DNA from: Candidatus Omnitrophica bacterium UBA6253
Lineage (GTDB): Bacteria > Omnitrophota > Gorgyraeia > Gygaellales > Profunditerraquicolaceae
Assembly: GCA_002441245.1 (NCBI GenBank)
Contig: DJVP01000008.1
Coordinates: forward strand, 170,540-234,539
Direction of reading: 5' to 3'
DNA: 64,000 nt
The translations under genes and the position numbers were made by a program. Below are positions 1-9,938 of the stretch, piece after piece (within the stretch, counting starts at the first letter, position 1; each line of letters starts with the position of its first letter). Below the pieces are notes generated by a model that saw only the letters and a list, made by a program, of their open reading frames with translations, was not told the origin of the DNA and did no database searches.

Positions 1-57
1 TTATAAATTTCTCTGTTTTGATAATGCTGATTTTGGGTAAAACCAGCCTCTAATGTC

Positions 58-85
58 TTGATATTTTACTCATATAATGTATAAT
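58..85 (+). promoter_or_regulatory. putative sigma70-type promoter upstream of tRNA-Leu
   Basis: TTGATA at 58-63, a 16-nt spacer, then TATAAT at 80-85. It lies about 70 nt upstream of the tRNA 5' end. Sequence match only. Confidence 0.3.
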
Positions 86-152
86 TACCTTACCCATATT
101 TTATGCGATGGTGTAATCTATATCGATAAAGTATTTTATTTAATAGGTTTAT

Positions 153-233
153 GCGCGGGTGGTGAAATGGCAGACACGCAAGCATGAGGGGCTTGTGCCG
201 CAAGGCTTGGGGGTTCAACTCCCCCCTCGCGCA
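153..233 (+). tRNA. tRNA-Leu (anticodon GAG), class II tRNA with long variable arm; CCA not encoded
   Basis: Hand-folded cloverleaf. Acceptor stem GCGCGGG/CTCGCGC with a G-U pair and discriminator A. D-stem GTG/CAC. Anticodon stem CAAGC/GCTTG with loop A-T-GAG-G-G. 13-nt variable arm TGCCGCAAGGCTT. T-stem GGGGG/CCCCC with loop TTCAACT. Confidence 0.8.
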
Positions 234-448
234 TTAAATTCTAACAACTGCTTGTAATAAAATCATACCTGTAGAGTTTTTTCTGTCTTTTGCGCCCCCT
301 GAGTTAAAATTTATCTTCTACATTTTATAGTTGCGGTGTATAATCAAAACAGTTGTATTTTTAAGGAAATAAAACTCTAAAACCCCGTTAATTCAGCCTA
401 ATATACAACTACAGGCAAATAGGGGCCCAGTTTAAAACAACTTAAGAA

Positions 449-1339
449 ATGTCAGATAAATATCTTTATATAATTCCGTTTTTTTCTTTTTTTCTGGGCA
501 TTATTATAATTTTCCTTGGAAGAACGATCTTCAGGCATCAAGGTTTAACTTCTAAGGGTATCTCTATTGTTGGCGGATTTAGCATAGGATTGCCTTGTCT
601 TTTTACCGGGGCATTAGTTTTATGTTTTTCCGGGTGTCCGGAAAAAGGAACAATCGGCATACTTACTGCATCATTGCTGATGTTTATTTTTGGAGTGATT
701 GATGATTGGCATGAATTATCAATAGGGGCTAAGATTGCTACTCAGGCCATAGCCATATGTTTATTGGTACTTCAAGGCATGCAAACGCACATTATTTATA
801 TAGGAAATATTCCTAATATTGCGATAACTTTTATTTGGATTATAGGGATTACTAATGCTTTTAACCATCTGGATATAATGGATGGATTAGCTGGTTTAGT
901 CGCCTTTGTCATAAACCTGGCTTTTTTTGTTACCGGTTATGTTAACGGGAATATGCATGTCGTGGTTTTAACTTTAGCTTTGGGAGGGGCCCTAGCCAGT
1001 TTTTTAATCTTTAATTTACCTCCGGCAAAAATTTATATGGGAAACTCCGGTAGCCATTTTCTGGGTTTTCTGTTGGCATCCATGGCTCTGATGGATAGCT
1101 ACGCCCCGCTGGAAAGACCTATAGCGCTTTTGGCGCCTTTATTTATATTGGGGCTTCCAATACTTGATACCTGTTTTTTGATTATTATTCGTATCAGACA
1201 AAGGCGGTCTCCCTTTAGGAAAAGTGATGATAATTTAGCCATCCGTTTCTTAAACTCAGGTTATTCCAAGAAGAAAACTTTGCTAATAATGTTTTCAATG
1301 GCCGCTGTTTTTTCTTTGTTGGGTTTATTCTTTAGGTAG
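449..1339 (+). CDS. polyprenyl-phosphate N-acetylhexosamine-1-phosphate transferase (GT4 MraY/WecA family), polytopic membrane protein
   Basis: 296 aa, very hydrophobic. Carries the DDxxD motif (IDDWHE) and the family signature NAFNHLDIMDGLAGL (NxxNxxDGxDGL). This is the expected initiating enzyme of an undecaprenyl-linked glycan pathway. Confidence 0.85.
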   Translation: MSDKYLYIIPFFSFFLGIIIIFLGRTIFRHQGLTSKGISIVGGFSIGLPCLFTGALVLCFSGCPEKGTIGILTASLLMFIFGVIDDWHELSIGAKIATQAIAICLLVLQGMQTHIIYIGNIPNIAITFIWIIGITNAFNHLDIMDGLAGLVAFVINLAFFVTGYVNGNMHVVVLTLALGGALASFLIFNLPPAKIYMGNSGSHFLGFLLASMALMDSYAPLERPIALLAPLFILGLPILDTCFLIIIRIRQRRSPFRKSDDNLAIRFLNSGYSKKKTLLIMFSMAAVFSLLGLFFR

Positions 1340-1550
1340 ACTGCTTAATTCTCCAGGGGCGCTGTTTATTTTAATAGTTTATTTATGACTGTAATTTAAT
1401 CGAAGAAAATAGGTTGCAAGGTTTATCATTCCTTTAATCTAAACATATCTTGTTAGAACGCACCAAAAGTCATGTCCCGCAAAAGGTTTCCGTATCTGGC
1501 GTAATTACGGATCAGATAACATTTGGTAATTGAGCCTTATGCGTATCTTC

Positions 1551-1579
1551 TTGCCTAAGGGTACAGCTTTTGCTATAAT
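1551..1579 (+). promoter_or_regulatory. putative sigma70 promoter (extended -10) for the exporter/rSAM operon
   Basis: -35 TTGCCT (1551-1556), a 17-nt spacer, then TGcTATAAT (1571-1579). It sits in the 440-nt intergenic gap before the GTG start at 1780 and implies a 5' leader of about 190 nt. Confidence 0.45.
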
Positions 1580-1779
1580 TACCCAAGAATAGCCAAAACG
1601 GGCCAAAAATCTTATTAAAGATTATCTTCGCAAGTGTCCTAGTTTACAAAGCTTAAAATGAGGACTTCGCATCAATTGTCGCGTTTTCCTGTTGAGCGGG
1701 TTAAGTTAATGTAGTTATCCTATTTATGATATTAGTTGCGAAACAGCCTGCAAAGTAATTTTAGCTAAGGAGTAATTGA

Positions 1780-2559
1780 GTGTTTAAAGAAAGAATAAAA
1801 AAAATAAACAATAGCTGGCCAGTGATAAAAAGCATGGTTTTGCGAAACCAAAAAGATAAGTATGGAGGTACTGGTTTGGGCATTTTGTGGTCGGTTATTA
1901 ATCCAGTTTTGATTGCTCTAGTAATTACCTTCGTTTTTACTTTTGTGATGAAAACGGACATTAAGAATTATCCTTTATTCGTATTAAGCGGGCTCCTGCC
2001 GTGGTTTTTTTTCGTTAACTCCATTACCGAATCTACTAATTCTATGCGCCAGAATCTGGATGTTTTAAATCGGTTTTCTATGCCCAAAGAAGCTGTTCCC
2101 CTCAGCCTGGTATTATCAAACTTTATAAACTTTGCTATAGGTTTTATAATTATATTACCTGTTTTTATTTTGTTCAAACCTGAAATCATTTTCCAGCTTT
2201 TGCTTTTGCCTATCCTTATGCTTTTATTCCTTGTTTTTACCTTGGGTGTTTCTTTGGGGTTTAGTGTACTTACTTTCTATTGTAGAGACCTGTCGCAGCT
2301 TGTTAGCGTTGGTACAATGTTTCTGTTTTGGGTTACGCCGATATTTTATGATTTAAAAGCCGTCCCTATTAAATACCACTGGATTATCTACATAAACCCA
2401 GTTTTTAATTATGCAGCAATTTATCAATCGTTATTATATAAAGGGACAGCTGGTTCTTTCCAGCTGTGGCTGGGGGGTGTGTTGTTTGCTGTTATTGGGT
2501 TGTTTTTTGGGTATGCCCTTTTCCTTAATAAGGAAAATGAGATATTGAAAAACATTTAA
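1780..2559 (+). CDS. ABC-2 type polysaccharide exporter permease (Wzm/TagG/KpsM-like)
   Basis: 259 aa with 6 predicted TM segments. GTG start preceded by SD AAGGAG (1767-1772). Typical size and hydropathy for this family. The stop overlaps the start of the downstream ATPase gene. Confidence 0.8.
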   Translation: MFKERIKKINNSWPVIKSMVLRNQKDKYGGTGLGILWSVINPVLIALVITFVFTFVMKTDIKNYPLFVLSGLLPWFFFVNSITESTNSMRQNLDVLNRFSMPKEAVPLSLVLSNFINFAIGFIIILPVFILFKPEIIFQLLLLPILMLLFLVFTLGVSLGFSVLTFYCRDLSQLVSVGTMFLFWVTPIFYDLKAVPIKYHWIIYINPVFNYAAIYQSLLYKGTAGSFQLWLGGVLFAVIGLFFGYALFLNKENEILKNI

Positions 2560-2560
2560 G

Positions 2561-5395
2561 ATGGTATCGATAAAACTTCAGAGTACTTGGTTAAAATATA
2601 GAATTGAATTTAAAGAAAACGGCAGGTTTATGCCCGAAGATTTCTGGAGCCTTAAGAATATAAATTTAGAGGTTAAACAGGGTGAGGTTGTCGGTATTAT
2701 CGGAGAGAATGGTGCGGGAAAAAGCACCCTGCTTCGGGTTATCGGTGGGATGCTCAAGCCGGATAAGGGTTCATTTGAAGTTAACGGCAGAGTTGCAGGT
2801 CTGATAGATTTGGGGGGCGGTTTTCAAAAAGACTTAACCGGGAAAGAAAATGTATATTTAATTTCTTCCCTGTTTGGACTTTCCAGAAAACAGGCGGAAG
2901 CTCGTTACAATGACATAGTAAAATTCGCCGCGATAGGCAGATTTATTAATGCCCCCGTCAAATGTTACTCTCAAGGCATGCTGATGCGCCTGGGTTTTGC
3001 CATCGCCATATACGTAGACCCCGATATATTGCTCTTAGATGACTCTTTTGTTGTAGGAGATATGTATGCGCAAAATAAATGTATTAACAAGCTATTTGAA
3101 TTGAGAGACCAAGGCAAGACAATTATACTTGTCAGTCATGATTTATCGATCGCCAAGCGCATGTGTTCCCGCGGTATTTTCTTAAGAGAAGGCAGGATCA
3201 TTAAAGATGATTTGATAAACAGGGTCTGTGATTATTATACCGAAACAGTCGGAGACAAGAAGGGGATAGCTATCCTGGAAGAGGGGCAATCTGGCATAGT
3301 ATTTAATAACGGTAGGTTAATTATAAGGTGCAAAGAAGGGGCAATTACTGCCCGCAATGGCGGTTTTTCCACGGTAACGCTATCCGGCCGGGAATACCTC
3401 TCTACCTCTGCTGATTGGCAAGTTGATAGGATTGATGGCACTGATGGTAAAGGGATTATAGCTACAGGTTCGTGGCCGGATATGCCGGTGTTAGAGCGCT
3501 GGAGGTTATTATTCCTAAACGAAAGGGAACTGATTTGGGAGATAACCATAGAATCTATAATAGAGGGTTTGTTGCCTGAGCGCTGCCAGACTAGTGTTAT
3601 TTTTCAGGAAGGGTATAAGGATTGGTTTACAACCAAAGAGGAAAAGGCATTTTCAAAAGCCTTTCTTCAGGGAGGAGACTGGCAGTGTGAGCTGGTAGAT
3701 GATTCGTTGAATGCAATAATCGGTTTAAAGGGCGAAGACGCCAGTAGTATAGCCTTACCTGTAGTGATCTTGGATCGGATTAGTAATAACCAACAGGCTA
3801 GATGCCGCATTGGCAATACCGGTTCCATTGACGCAGGAAGAATATTGGATTATGCAGTTTTTCCTGAAGAACCTGATCCGGGGGGCTCTGCTTTCAAGTG
3901 GACTGTTTTTTACAGCAAGCTGATATTTTTTGATCCCTCCCGCACAGAGGCAATATTGGAATTTTTGGGTAATGCCAGGAAATTAATGCGTGATTCAATC
4001 TTTATCAGTAGCGGAGCGCTTGGTGTTTCCTGCAGAGAGCGCGAAATCGGGATTTATTGGAATGAAATATTAGTAACTCGCGATGCAGGGTTGAATACGC
4101 AATTCATATATCAGGATAAGAGCTATAGCGCAATAGAAGGAAATTGGTCTATTACTAGGGAGAGCAGCCGACAAATACGTGTTGTTATTTCCTGGGATGC
4201 GTTAAGAGGTTTAAGGCAGATCTGGCGCATAATTATCGATAATGATGAAAATAATACAGTGAAATGGGAAATAACTTTAGAGACGGATGAAGAACATAGG
4301 ATAATAAACAGGCAGACGGAATTATTGTTAAATAAAGAGTACTCTGGATGGTTTACCGCTGAAGAAAATGGGCAATTTGACAGGATGGAGAAAAAAGGCG
4401 GAGCAGTTGTTTTGAATAAATACGCGAATAATTACGCCGGAGTTGAGGCCTTAGGCAAAAAAGAAGCATTGCTTTTGCCCGAAGCATCCCTTTCTTGCGA
4501 TAGTGATATACCCATGGTATCTTATATCTCTAAGAATAACGGGGAGTCATCTCCAGGGGTAAAATTACAATTCTTAGAAATTGACTCAATAGAACGGGTA
4601 CGCGCCTATCCTGGTAAGAACAAATATTTTAATGGCTCTATACGCATAGCAACGCCTTTTATCCGGCCAGACGGGAAATCCGAGAGAAAACAGATTTCTG
4701 TGTTTACTGGCGATATCCCCTGTTTGATACGCCATGGAAGGTTAAGTTTTATTTTTGATCATGGAAAAGGCAGGATTCTTTGGGATGGTTTAGAGTTGAC
4801 TAAAGGATTAAGTCTGTATTCATCGGGGTTAATACAGGAGCGTTGGCATGATTCATCACAAGCACGTTGGCAGGTATCAAAAGCTGATGCCACAAGCATG
4901 GTTGTTGTAGGTCAGTGGCCCTGGGTGCCAATGAAGCAAATTTGGGAAATTTCTGTAGCAGAGGCGAGAACCATTATGATAAAGATTTCAAAACAGATAT
5001 GGGATGATAAAGCTATTATTTTTGAGCGGGAACAGGTCGGGCTTATGGTCTCTGATTATTATAAGGAGTGGTTTTTCCCGCGGCAGTTCAAAGCTAAATT
5101 CCCAGTTGATTTTATTGGGCATACTGGTATTTTTTGGGAGAGATTATGGTGTGGCGCCGGCAGCAGCATCATTGGAGTAGAAAAAAGTTTGATGAAAAAA
5201 GGCTTGTTTAAGAGAAAGCTTATACCCTCCTTATCTTTTGAATCTTTTCCTGATTCTCAGGCGCGTCAAGCCATAGTTGAAAACACGGATGATCTTTTTC
5301 AGGCAAGGGTAATGCAATACGAAATCTCCCCCCGTTCCGGAAGCGGCGGTGGAACAAGTATTTATTTTCACGGTAAAATAAAGGTCATAACTTAG
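2561..5395 (+). CDS. ABC transporter ATP-binding protein (Wzt/TagH/KpsT-like) with ~700-aa C-terminal extension
   Basis: Walker A GENGAGKST, signature YSQGMLMRLGFA, Walker B ILLLDD (DD rather than DE), H-loop VSHD. Residues ~250-944 are non-ABC and contain repeated FDHGKGRILWDGLELTKG / KWEITLE modules. Confidence 0.85.
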   Translation: MVSIKLQSTWLKYRIEFKENGRFMPEDFWSLKNINLEVKQGEVVGIIGENGAGKSTLLRVIGGMLKPDKGSFEVNGRVAGLIDLGGGFQKDLTGKENVYLISSLFGLSRKQAEARYNDIVKFAAIGRFINAPVKCYSQGMLMRLGFAIAIYVDPDILLLDDSFVVGDMYAQNKCINKLFELRDQGKTIILVSHDLSIAKRMCSRGIFLREGRIIKDDLINRVCDYYTETVGDKKGIAILEEGQSGIVFNNGRLIIRCKEGAITARNGGFSTVTLSGREYLSTSADWQVDRIDGTDGKGIIATGSWPDMPVLERWRLLFLNERELIWEITIESIIEGLLPERCQTSVIFQEGYKDWFTTKEEKAFSKAFLQGGDWQCELVDDSLNAIIGLKGEDASSIALPVVILDRISNNQQARCRIGNTGSIDAGRILDYAVFPEEPDPGGSAFKWTVFYSKLIFFDPSRTEAILEFLGNARKLMRDSIFISSGALGVSCREREIGIYWNEILVTRDAGLNTQFIYQDKSYSAIEGNWSITRESSRQIRVVISWDALRGLRQIWRIIIDNDENNTVKWEITLETDEEHRIINRQTELLLNKEYSGWFTAEENGQFDRMEKKGGAVVLNKYANNYAGVEALGKKEALLLPEASLSCDSDIPMVSYISKNNGESSPGVKLQFLEIDSIERVRAYPGKNKYFNGSIRIATPFIRPDGKSERKQISVFTGDIPCLIRHGRLSFIFDHGKGRILWDGLELTKGLSLYSSGLIQERWHDSSQARWQVSKADATSMVVVGQWPWVPMKQIWEISVAEARTIMIKISKQIWDDKAIIFEREQVGLMVSDYYKEWFFPRQFKAKFPVDFIGHTGIFWERLWCGAGSSIIGVEKSLMKKGLFKRKLIPSLSFESFPDSQARQAIVENTDDLFQARVMQYEISPRSGSGGGTSIYFHGKIKVIT

Positions 5396-5403
5396 GAATT
5401 GCT

Positions 5404-7743
5404 ATGAATGGATTATTTGTAATATTCAGGAAAAAGCTAGAAGAGACACACATTCGCAAGGAATTAAGAAGAATAAAAATGCGGATGATCTCTAATGGCG
5501 ATTTGAAGATTTGGCTTGATGATGCCAGTAGATTAAGGTTATTTTATAAAAATGTTGAATTAACCAAAGGTTATGGCTTAAGCTCTAGTATTTTATCCGA
5601 AGGGGTTTGGCACCATTCACATGAAACAGTTTTTGAAGCAGAGAAAATCTCCGAAAACCAGATGCGTATCTTTGTGTTTTTCCCGGGCATACCTATACAC
5701 CAGGAATGGTTGATAAAGATCGATTCTCGGGAGTCAATTAGTTATGAGGTTAACACAGAATTAATAGATAATATGCGGATAGATAATTTGAAAGCGGATT
5801 TTTTTATTTCAAAATCATATTTCCGTCGGGTATATAAATTAGAGGATGTAGTATTTCCACAGGAGTTCAATGCCTCTTGGAATATATTAAGCAATATGCC
5901 CAAAGATAACTTTATTGGCTGTACATCATTAAAGCCGGAGTACCCCAGTATATGTTTAGAATCTAGCAGTGGCGTTAAAAATTTATTTAGTGCAGGCAAT
6001 ACCGATTTCGTCTTGTCTTCCCGCGTACTTGAAGCCCAGATTGAAGAAATCGATGAATATCTCAAACCAGGGGTATATGAACATTTTAAAATCCATATAC
6101 AATTCTATCCGGATAAATCCGTGCTTGAAGATATGCTGGCTAAAATAAGAACTCAGAAGCAGCTTGAAGAGGAAAATCGAAAAAAAGGAGTGTTTGAGTA
6201 TTTCAAAAAAGAGCCGGCCGATCTTTTGTCGTGTAAAGAAGGCTGCATATATTTGTATGGAGATTCTGATCTTCTACATGATAAGATTAGCGGCGTACCA
6301 GGTGATTTTAACAAGATTATTGGAAAAATAAAAAAGATTGCGGGTAAGGGCTCATTTTATATCGGTGTATCGAGATATAATTTTTTCTGCCTGCATGTAA
6401 TTGCGCAGTATATTGCGGATATTATTGGCCAGCGCATTGATTTGCGTTCCCTTAATATAACTTTCTTGCCAGGCTGTAATCTTTACGCCAGCTTTGGTAT
6501 TTATTTGAATGAACTCACCCGGCGCTTAAGCCAGCATAAGATATATTTTTATCTAAAAGATACAGGTTTATTGGAGCTATTAGAAACTATATCCTCACAG
6601 GCTGATCAGTACAATGAAAGAGATCTATTGAGGCTGCTGGGGGTTATCGCGGAGCATCCTTTTATAGGCCCGCAGACGATAGTTCTGGATACGTATCATC
6701 AATGCAATACTGATTGTGTCCATTGCTGGATTCATACTCCTAGGCGTAAGAACCCCGGCCAGATAAGGGAGCTGGAAATGGATATCAATTTGTATAAACA
6801 GATCATAGATGATGCGGCAAAGATATTATGCGACGAGATTATCATCCAGGGCGATGGAGAACCTATGCTTGATGATAGGTTTATGGAGATGATCACTTAC
6901 GCCAGGAACAAAGGATTAAAAGTGCTCTTTTTTACAAACGGGATACTTTTAGATAAAAAGAAGGCGGCCGAGATAATCAATTTGGAGATAAATGAAATAT
7001 TCTGTAGCTTGCCCGCGGGTACGGCAAAGACATACGCCTTAATTAATTCAAAACAGTCTGAAAATTCATTTAGTCTAATTGAAAAAAATCTCAAGAATCT
7101 TATTGGTATGCGCAATAATGCGGGTAGAAGTAAACCTTTATTACAAATGACGCATGTTATACATAATTTAAACTACCATGAAATAGAAGAGATGGCCAGG
7201 TTTGATGCCTCTATTGGGGCAGATAAGGTAAGGTTCTATTTGGTAAGGCTGGACAATAATATTAAACCCTTGAAATTAAAATCCAGCCATATCAAAAGTA
7301 TCCAGGAATCCTTGGAACGCATAGAACCTTTTCTTAAAGCCAAAGGTATAGAGTTACAAGATAATATTCATTTTCAGCTTCAGCATTATAATCCAGAAAG
7401 CGGGGATTGGTCTGGGGAAACCTTTTCTAATATGGGTTGCCCGGTAGGGTGGTTTTTTTCGTTAGCATTATTCAAAGGAGAAGTAAGTATGTGTTGTCAT
7501 CTGCGCATAGTTGATATTTTAAAAGAAAAAAGTTTTGCGCAAATCTGGGATTCTGTTCGCTACAATGAAGTCCGAATTTATGCGAAATATCTGAATAAAC
7601 ATAAGAATGAACATTTTTTAAACGGAAGGAAGTTATTCGATGACTCTTGTCGGCATTGCGATACGCATCAGGTTATTCTAAGGATTAACCAGCTTATGAA
7701 CAAATATCACCTGGACAAATTTTATCAAGAGAGTTTTTTATGA
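5404..7743 (+). CDS. radical SAM protein with C-terminal Cys-rich (SPASM/twitch-like) region and ~420-aa N-terminal extension
   Basis: 779 aa. rSAM triad CNTDCVHCW at about residue 440. C-terminal cysteine clusters (MGCPVGW, MCCHLR, CRHCDTHQ). The N-terminus carries the ELTKG module (KIWLDDASRLRLFYKNVELTKGYG). Paralogous to the 33568 gene. Confidence 0.8.
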   Translation: MNGLFVIFRKKLEETHIRKELRRIKMRMISNGDLKIWLDDASRLRLFYKNVELTKGYGLSSSILSEGVWHHSHETVFEAEKISENQMRIFVFFPGIPIHQEWLIKIDSRESISYEVNTELIDNMRIDNLKADFFISKSYFRRVYKLEDVVFPQEFNASWNILSNMPKDNFIGCTSLKPEYPSICLESSSGVKNLFSAGNTDFVLSSRVLEAQIEEIDEYLKPGVYEHFKIHIQFYPDKSVLEDMLAKIRTQKQLEEENRKKGVFEYFKKEPADLLSCKEGCIYLYGDSDLLHDKISGVPGDFNKIIGKIKKIAGKGSFYIGVSRYNFFCLHVIAQYIADIIGQRIDLRSLNITFLPGCNLYASFGIYLNELTRRLSQHKIYFYLKDTGLLELLETISSQADQYNERDLLRLLGVIAEHPFIGPQTIVLDTYHQCNTDCVHCWIHTPRRKNPGQIRELEMDINLYKQIIDDAAKILCDEIIIQGDGEPMLDDRFMEMITYARNKGLKVLFFTNGILLDKKKAAEIINLEINEIFCSLPAGTAKTYALINSKQSENSFSLIEKNLKNLIGMRNNAGRSKPLLQMTHVIHNLNYHEIEEMARFDASIGADKVRFYLVRLDNNIKPLKLKSSHIKSIQESLERIEPFLKAKGIELQDNIHFQLQHYNPESGDWSGETFSNMGCPVGWFFSLALFKGEVSMCCHLRIVDILKEKSFAQIWDSVRYNEVRIYAKYLNKHKNEHFLNGRKLFDDSCRHCDTHQVILRINQLMNKYHLDKFYQESFL

Positions 7744-9926
7744 GAATAGCACTTGTTAATCTGCCCTGGTACAATTTATGCAGATCGGGTGTAAGGGCCG
7801 GGTCGCGCTGGCCACATTTGATGGCCCGGCATGAACGGGGTTATCTTCCCTACCCTTTTTTCCTGGCTTATGCAGCGGCATTATTAAAAGAGAATAATTT
7901 TGAAGTGATCTTGATTGATGCCATAGCCGAAGGTCTTTCTTACACCGTCTGCATCAACAGGTTGCGTAGCCTTAAATGCGATCTCTATGTTTTTGAAACA
8001 TCAACTGTAACCCTAAAGCATGATATCGGGCTCATAAAAAAAATAAACAAACATACCCCCGTAGTTATGTGCGGACCGGATGTAAATATACAAAAACCCT
8101 CTTTTATAAAGAATTATCCGTTTATTACTTATGTTATTTCTGGTGAATATGAATTAACTCTTTTGGATTTAGCCCGGCACATAAAGGATAAGAGAGGCTT
8201 AAGCGATGTCCCTGGGCTCATTTACCGTCTTGGAAGCAAAATAACTGTTAACCCATTGCGTGAACTCGCTGATCTAGATAAGCTTCCCTGGCCTTTACGG
8301 GAAGGCCTTCATATGACAAATTATAATGATGCTCCCGGTAATATGCCGCTTCCTTCGGTTCAGATGGTTGCCAGCCGGGGATGTCCTTATAGGTGCAAGT
8401 TTTGTCTTTGGCCGCAGGTGATGTATCAGGGGAACAATTACAGGTCTAGGGATGTTAAGGATGTAATAAAAGAAATGAAGTTTTTGGTGAACAATATGGG
8501 GTTTAAATCCGTATATTTTGATGATGATACATTTAATTGCGGCAAGCCCAGAATGCTTGCTTTTTGCGATGAGATTAAGAAGCAAGATTTGACAGATACC
8601 CCCTGGGCGATCATGGCCCGTCCTGACCTTATGGATGAGGAAATACTAATGAGGATGAAAGAGGCGGGGTTATATGCCGTTAAATATGGGGTTGAGTCGG
8701 CTACCCAGAGTTTACTTGATGGCATCAACAAAAATATGGATCTTAAGAAAACAGAGAAAATGATCCGTTTTACAGAGCAGCTTGGGATTAAAACTCATCT
8801 TACGTTTACATTTGGTCTACCGGGAGAGACAAGAGAGAGCATACGCAGGAGCATTAATTTCGCAATTTACCTTAATCCTGACTCTGTACAATTCTCCATA
8901 GCTACTCCGTTCCCGGGAACGGAATTTTACCGGGAAATTGAGACAAGTGGACTTCTTCTTACAAAGGAATGGTCAGAGTATGATGGTAACAATAAGAGCG
9001 TTATTTGTTCCGACAATTTAAGTAAAAAAGAATTAGAACAAAGTATCCGTGTTGCTTATGGCCGATGGCGCAACCATTATTTAAACAGGCGGTATCTTAA
9101 GGGGCAAAGGCTGAATATTTCTCTGCCCGGACTGGTTTTATTTTCTTTAAAAAGACGCGGAATATTTTTGACAGCAATAAAGCTGTTAAGTTTTTCATGC
9201 CTTCAGATTAAGGCACTTGTTTTAATAAGAATAAATCGGCTTATGGATATTTTTAAAAGAAGCTCTGGGCATCTAAATTCTATAGCTATGGGCAGGGTGG
9301 GGCTATTTTTTGACCACTCAGGAATACGCCTTTTTTGGGAGAATAAAGAACTTACCAGAGAAGATGGTTTTAGAAGTTGTAATGGTTTGCCAGAAGGCAA
9401 GAAAATAAAAAGCGGCGCATTTACGTTTGGGGATTTTAAGAAAGAGGCGGACAACCAGATTTCATTAAGGAAAAGATACGCCGATTCTGATATTGAAGAG
9501 GATTGGAAATTTGAGATCATTGATGAAAAGCAGATTGATTGGAGCGTTAAAGTACATAATAGGCATGGCGGTATAACTTCCGGCGAGTCAAGGCTTGCGC
9601 TTATTTTATCAGATGAATATCAAAAATGGTTAGATTCATGGGGGGAGGGCGGTTTTTATTCTGTTTTTGATAATCTTGAAGTTGAATTAAGAAACCCAAA
9701 AACAAAAATGGTTGGCGTGAGGGGGAGGAAAAAATTGACAAGGGAAATTCCGACTATACTATTAGATGCTGCTTCTAATAACGGTATAACTGCTTGTATA
9801 CGGAATAGCCCTGTTTTAGGGGCACGCATATTAGAGGTTAGACAGGCAGGGGATATTTTCTCCGCCCGGATAAAAATCGTAGAAGAAGGTTTTAATAAGC
9901 GCAAAAGACGCCCCGGGCCATTATAA
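7740..9926 (+). CDS. class B (B12-binding domain) radical SAM protein with ~250-aa C-terminal extension
   Basis: 728 aa. N-terminal Rossmann-like B12-binding region (MRIALVNLPWYN...EVILIDA). rSAM motif SRGCPYRCKFCLWP. The C-terminal extension contains GLFFDHSGIRLFWENKELTRE and DWKFEIIDEK modules. ATGA overlap with the upstream gene. Confidence 0.8.
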   Translation: MRIALVNLPWYNLCRSGVRAGSRWPHLMARHERGYLPYPFFLAYAAALLKENNFEVILIDAIAEGLSYTVCINRLRSLKCDLYVFETSTVTLKHDIGLIKKINKHTPVVMCGPDVNIQKPSFIKNYPFITYVISGEYELTLLDLARHIKDKRGLSDVPGLIYRLGSKITVNPLRELADLDKLPWPLREGLHMTNYNDAPGNMPLPSVQMVASRGCPYRCKFCLWPQVMYQGNNYRSRDVKDVIKEMKFLVNNMGFKSVYFDDDTFNCGKPRMLAFCDEIKKQDLTDTPWAIMARPDLMDEEILMRMKEAGLYAVKYGVESATQSLLDGINKNMDLKKTEKMIRFTEQLGIKTHLTFTFGLPGETRESIRRSINFAIYLNPDSVQFSIATPFPGTEFYREIETSGLLLTKEWSEYDGNNKSVICSDNLSKKELEQSIRVAYGRWRNHYLNRRYLKGQRLNISLPGLVLFSLKRRGIFLTAIKLLSFSCLQIKALVLIRINRLMDIFKRSSGHLNSIAMGRVGLFFDHSGIRLFWENKELTREDGFRSCNGLPEGKKIKSGAFTFGDFKKEADNQISLRKRYADSDIEEDWKFEIIDEKQIDWSVKVHNRHGGITSGESRLALILSDEYQKWLDSWGEGGFYSVFDNLEVELRNPKTKMVGVRGRKKLTREIPTILLDAASNNGITACIRNSPVLGARILEVRQAGDIFSARIKIVEEGFNKRKRRPGPL

Positions 9927-9938
9927 AAACACGATAAG

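Noticed and set aside
336-343. TGTATAAT -10-like element upstream of the WecA-like gene
   Set aside because: No convincing -35 at appropriate spacing. Left unannotated.
3235-3549. Minus-strand ORFs from the six-frame track nested in long + strand genes (for example 3235-3549, 8295-8731, 10287-11185, 26399-26918, 27284-27694, 36217-36465)
   Set aside because: All are fully antisense to long ORFs with strong domain motifs, lack RBS context and have low-complexity composition. They are treated as spurious.
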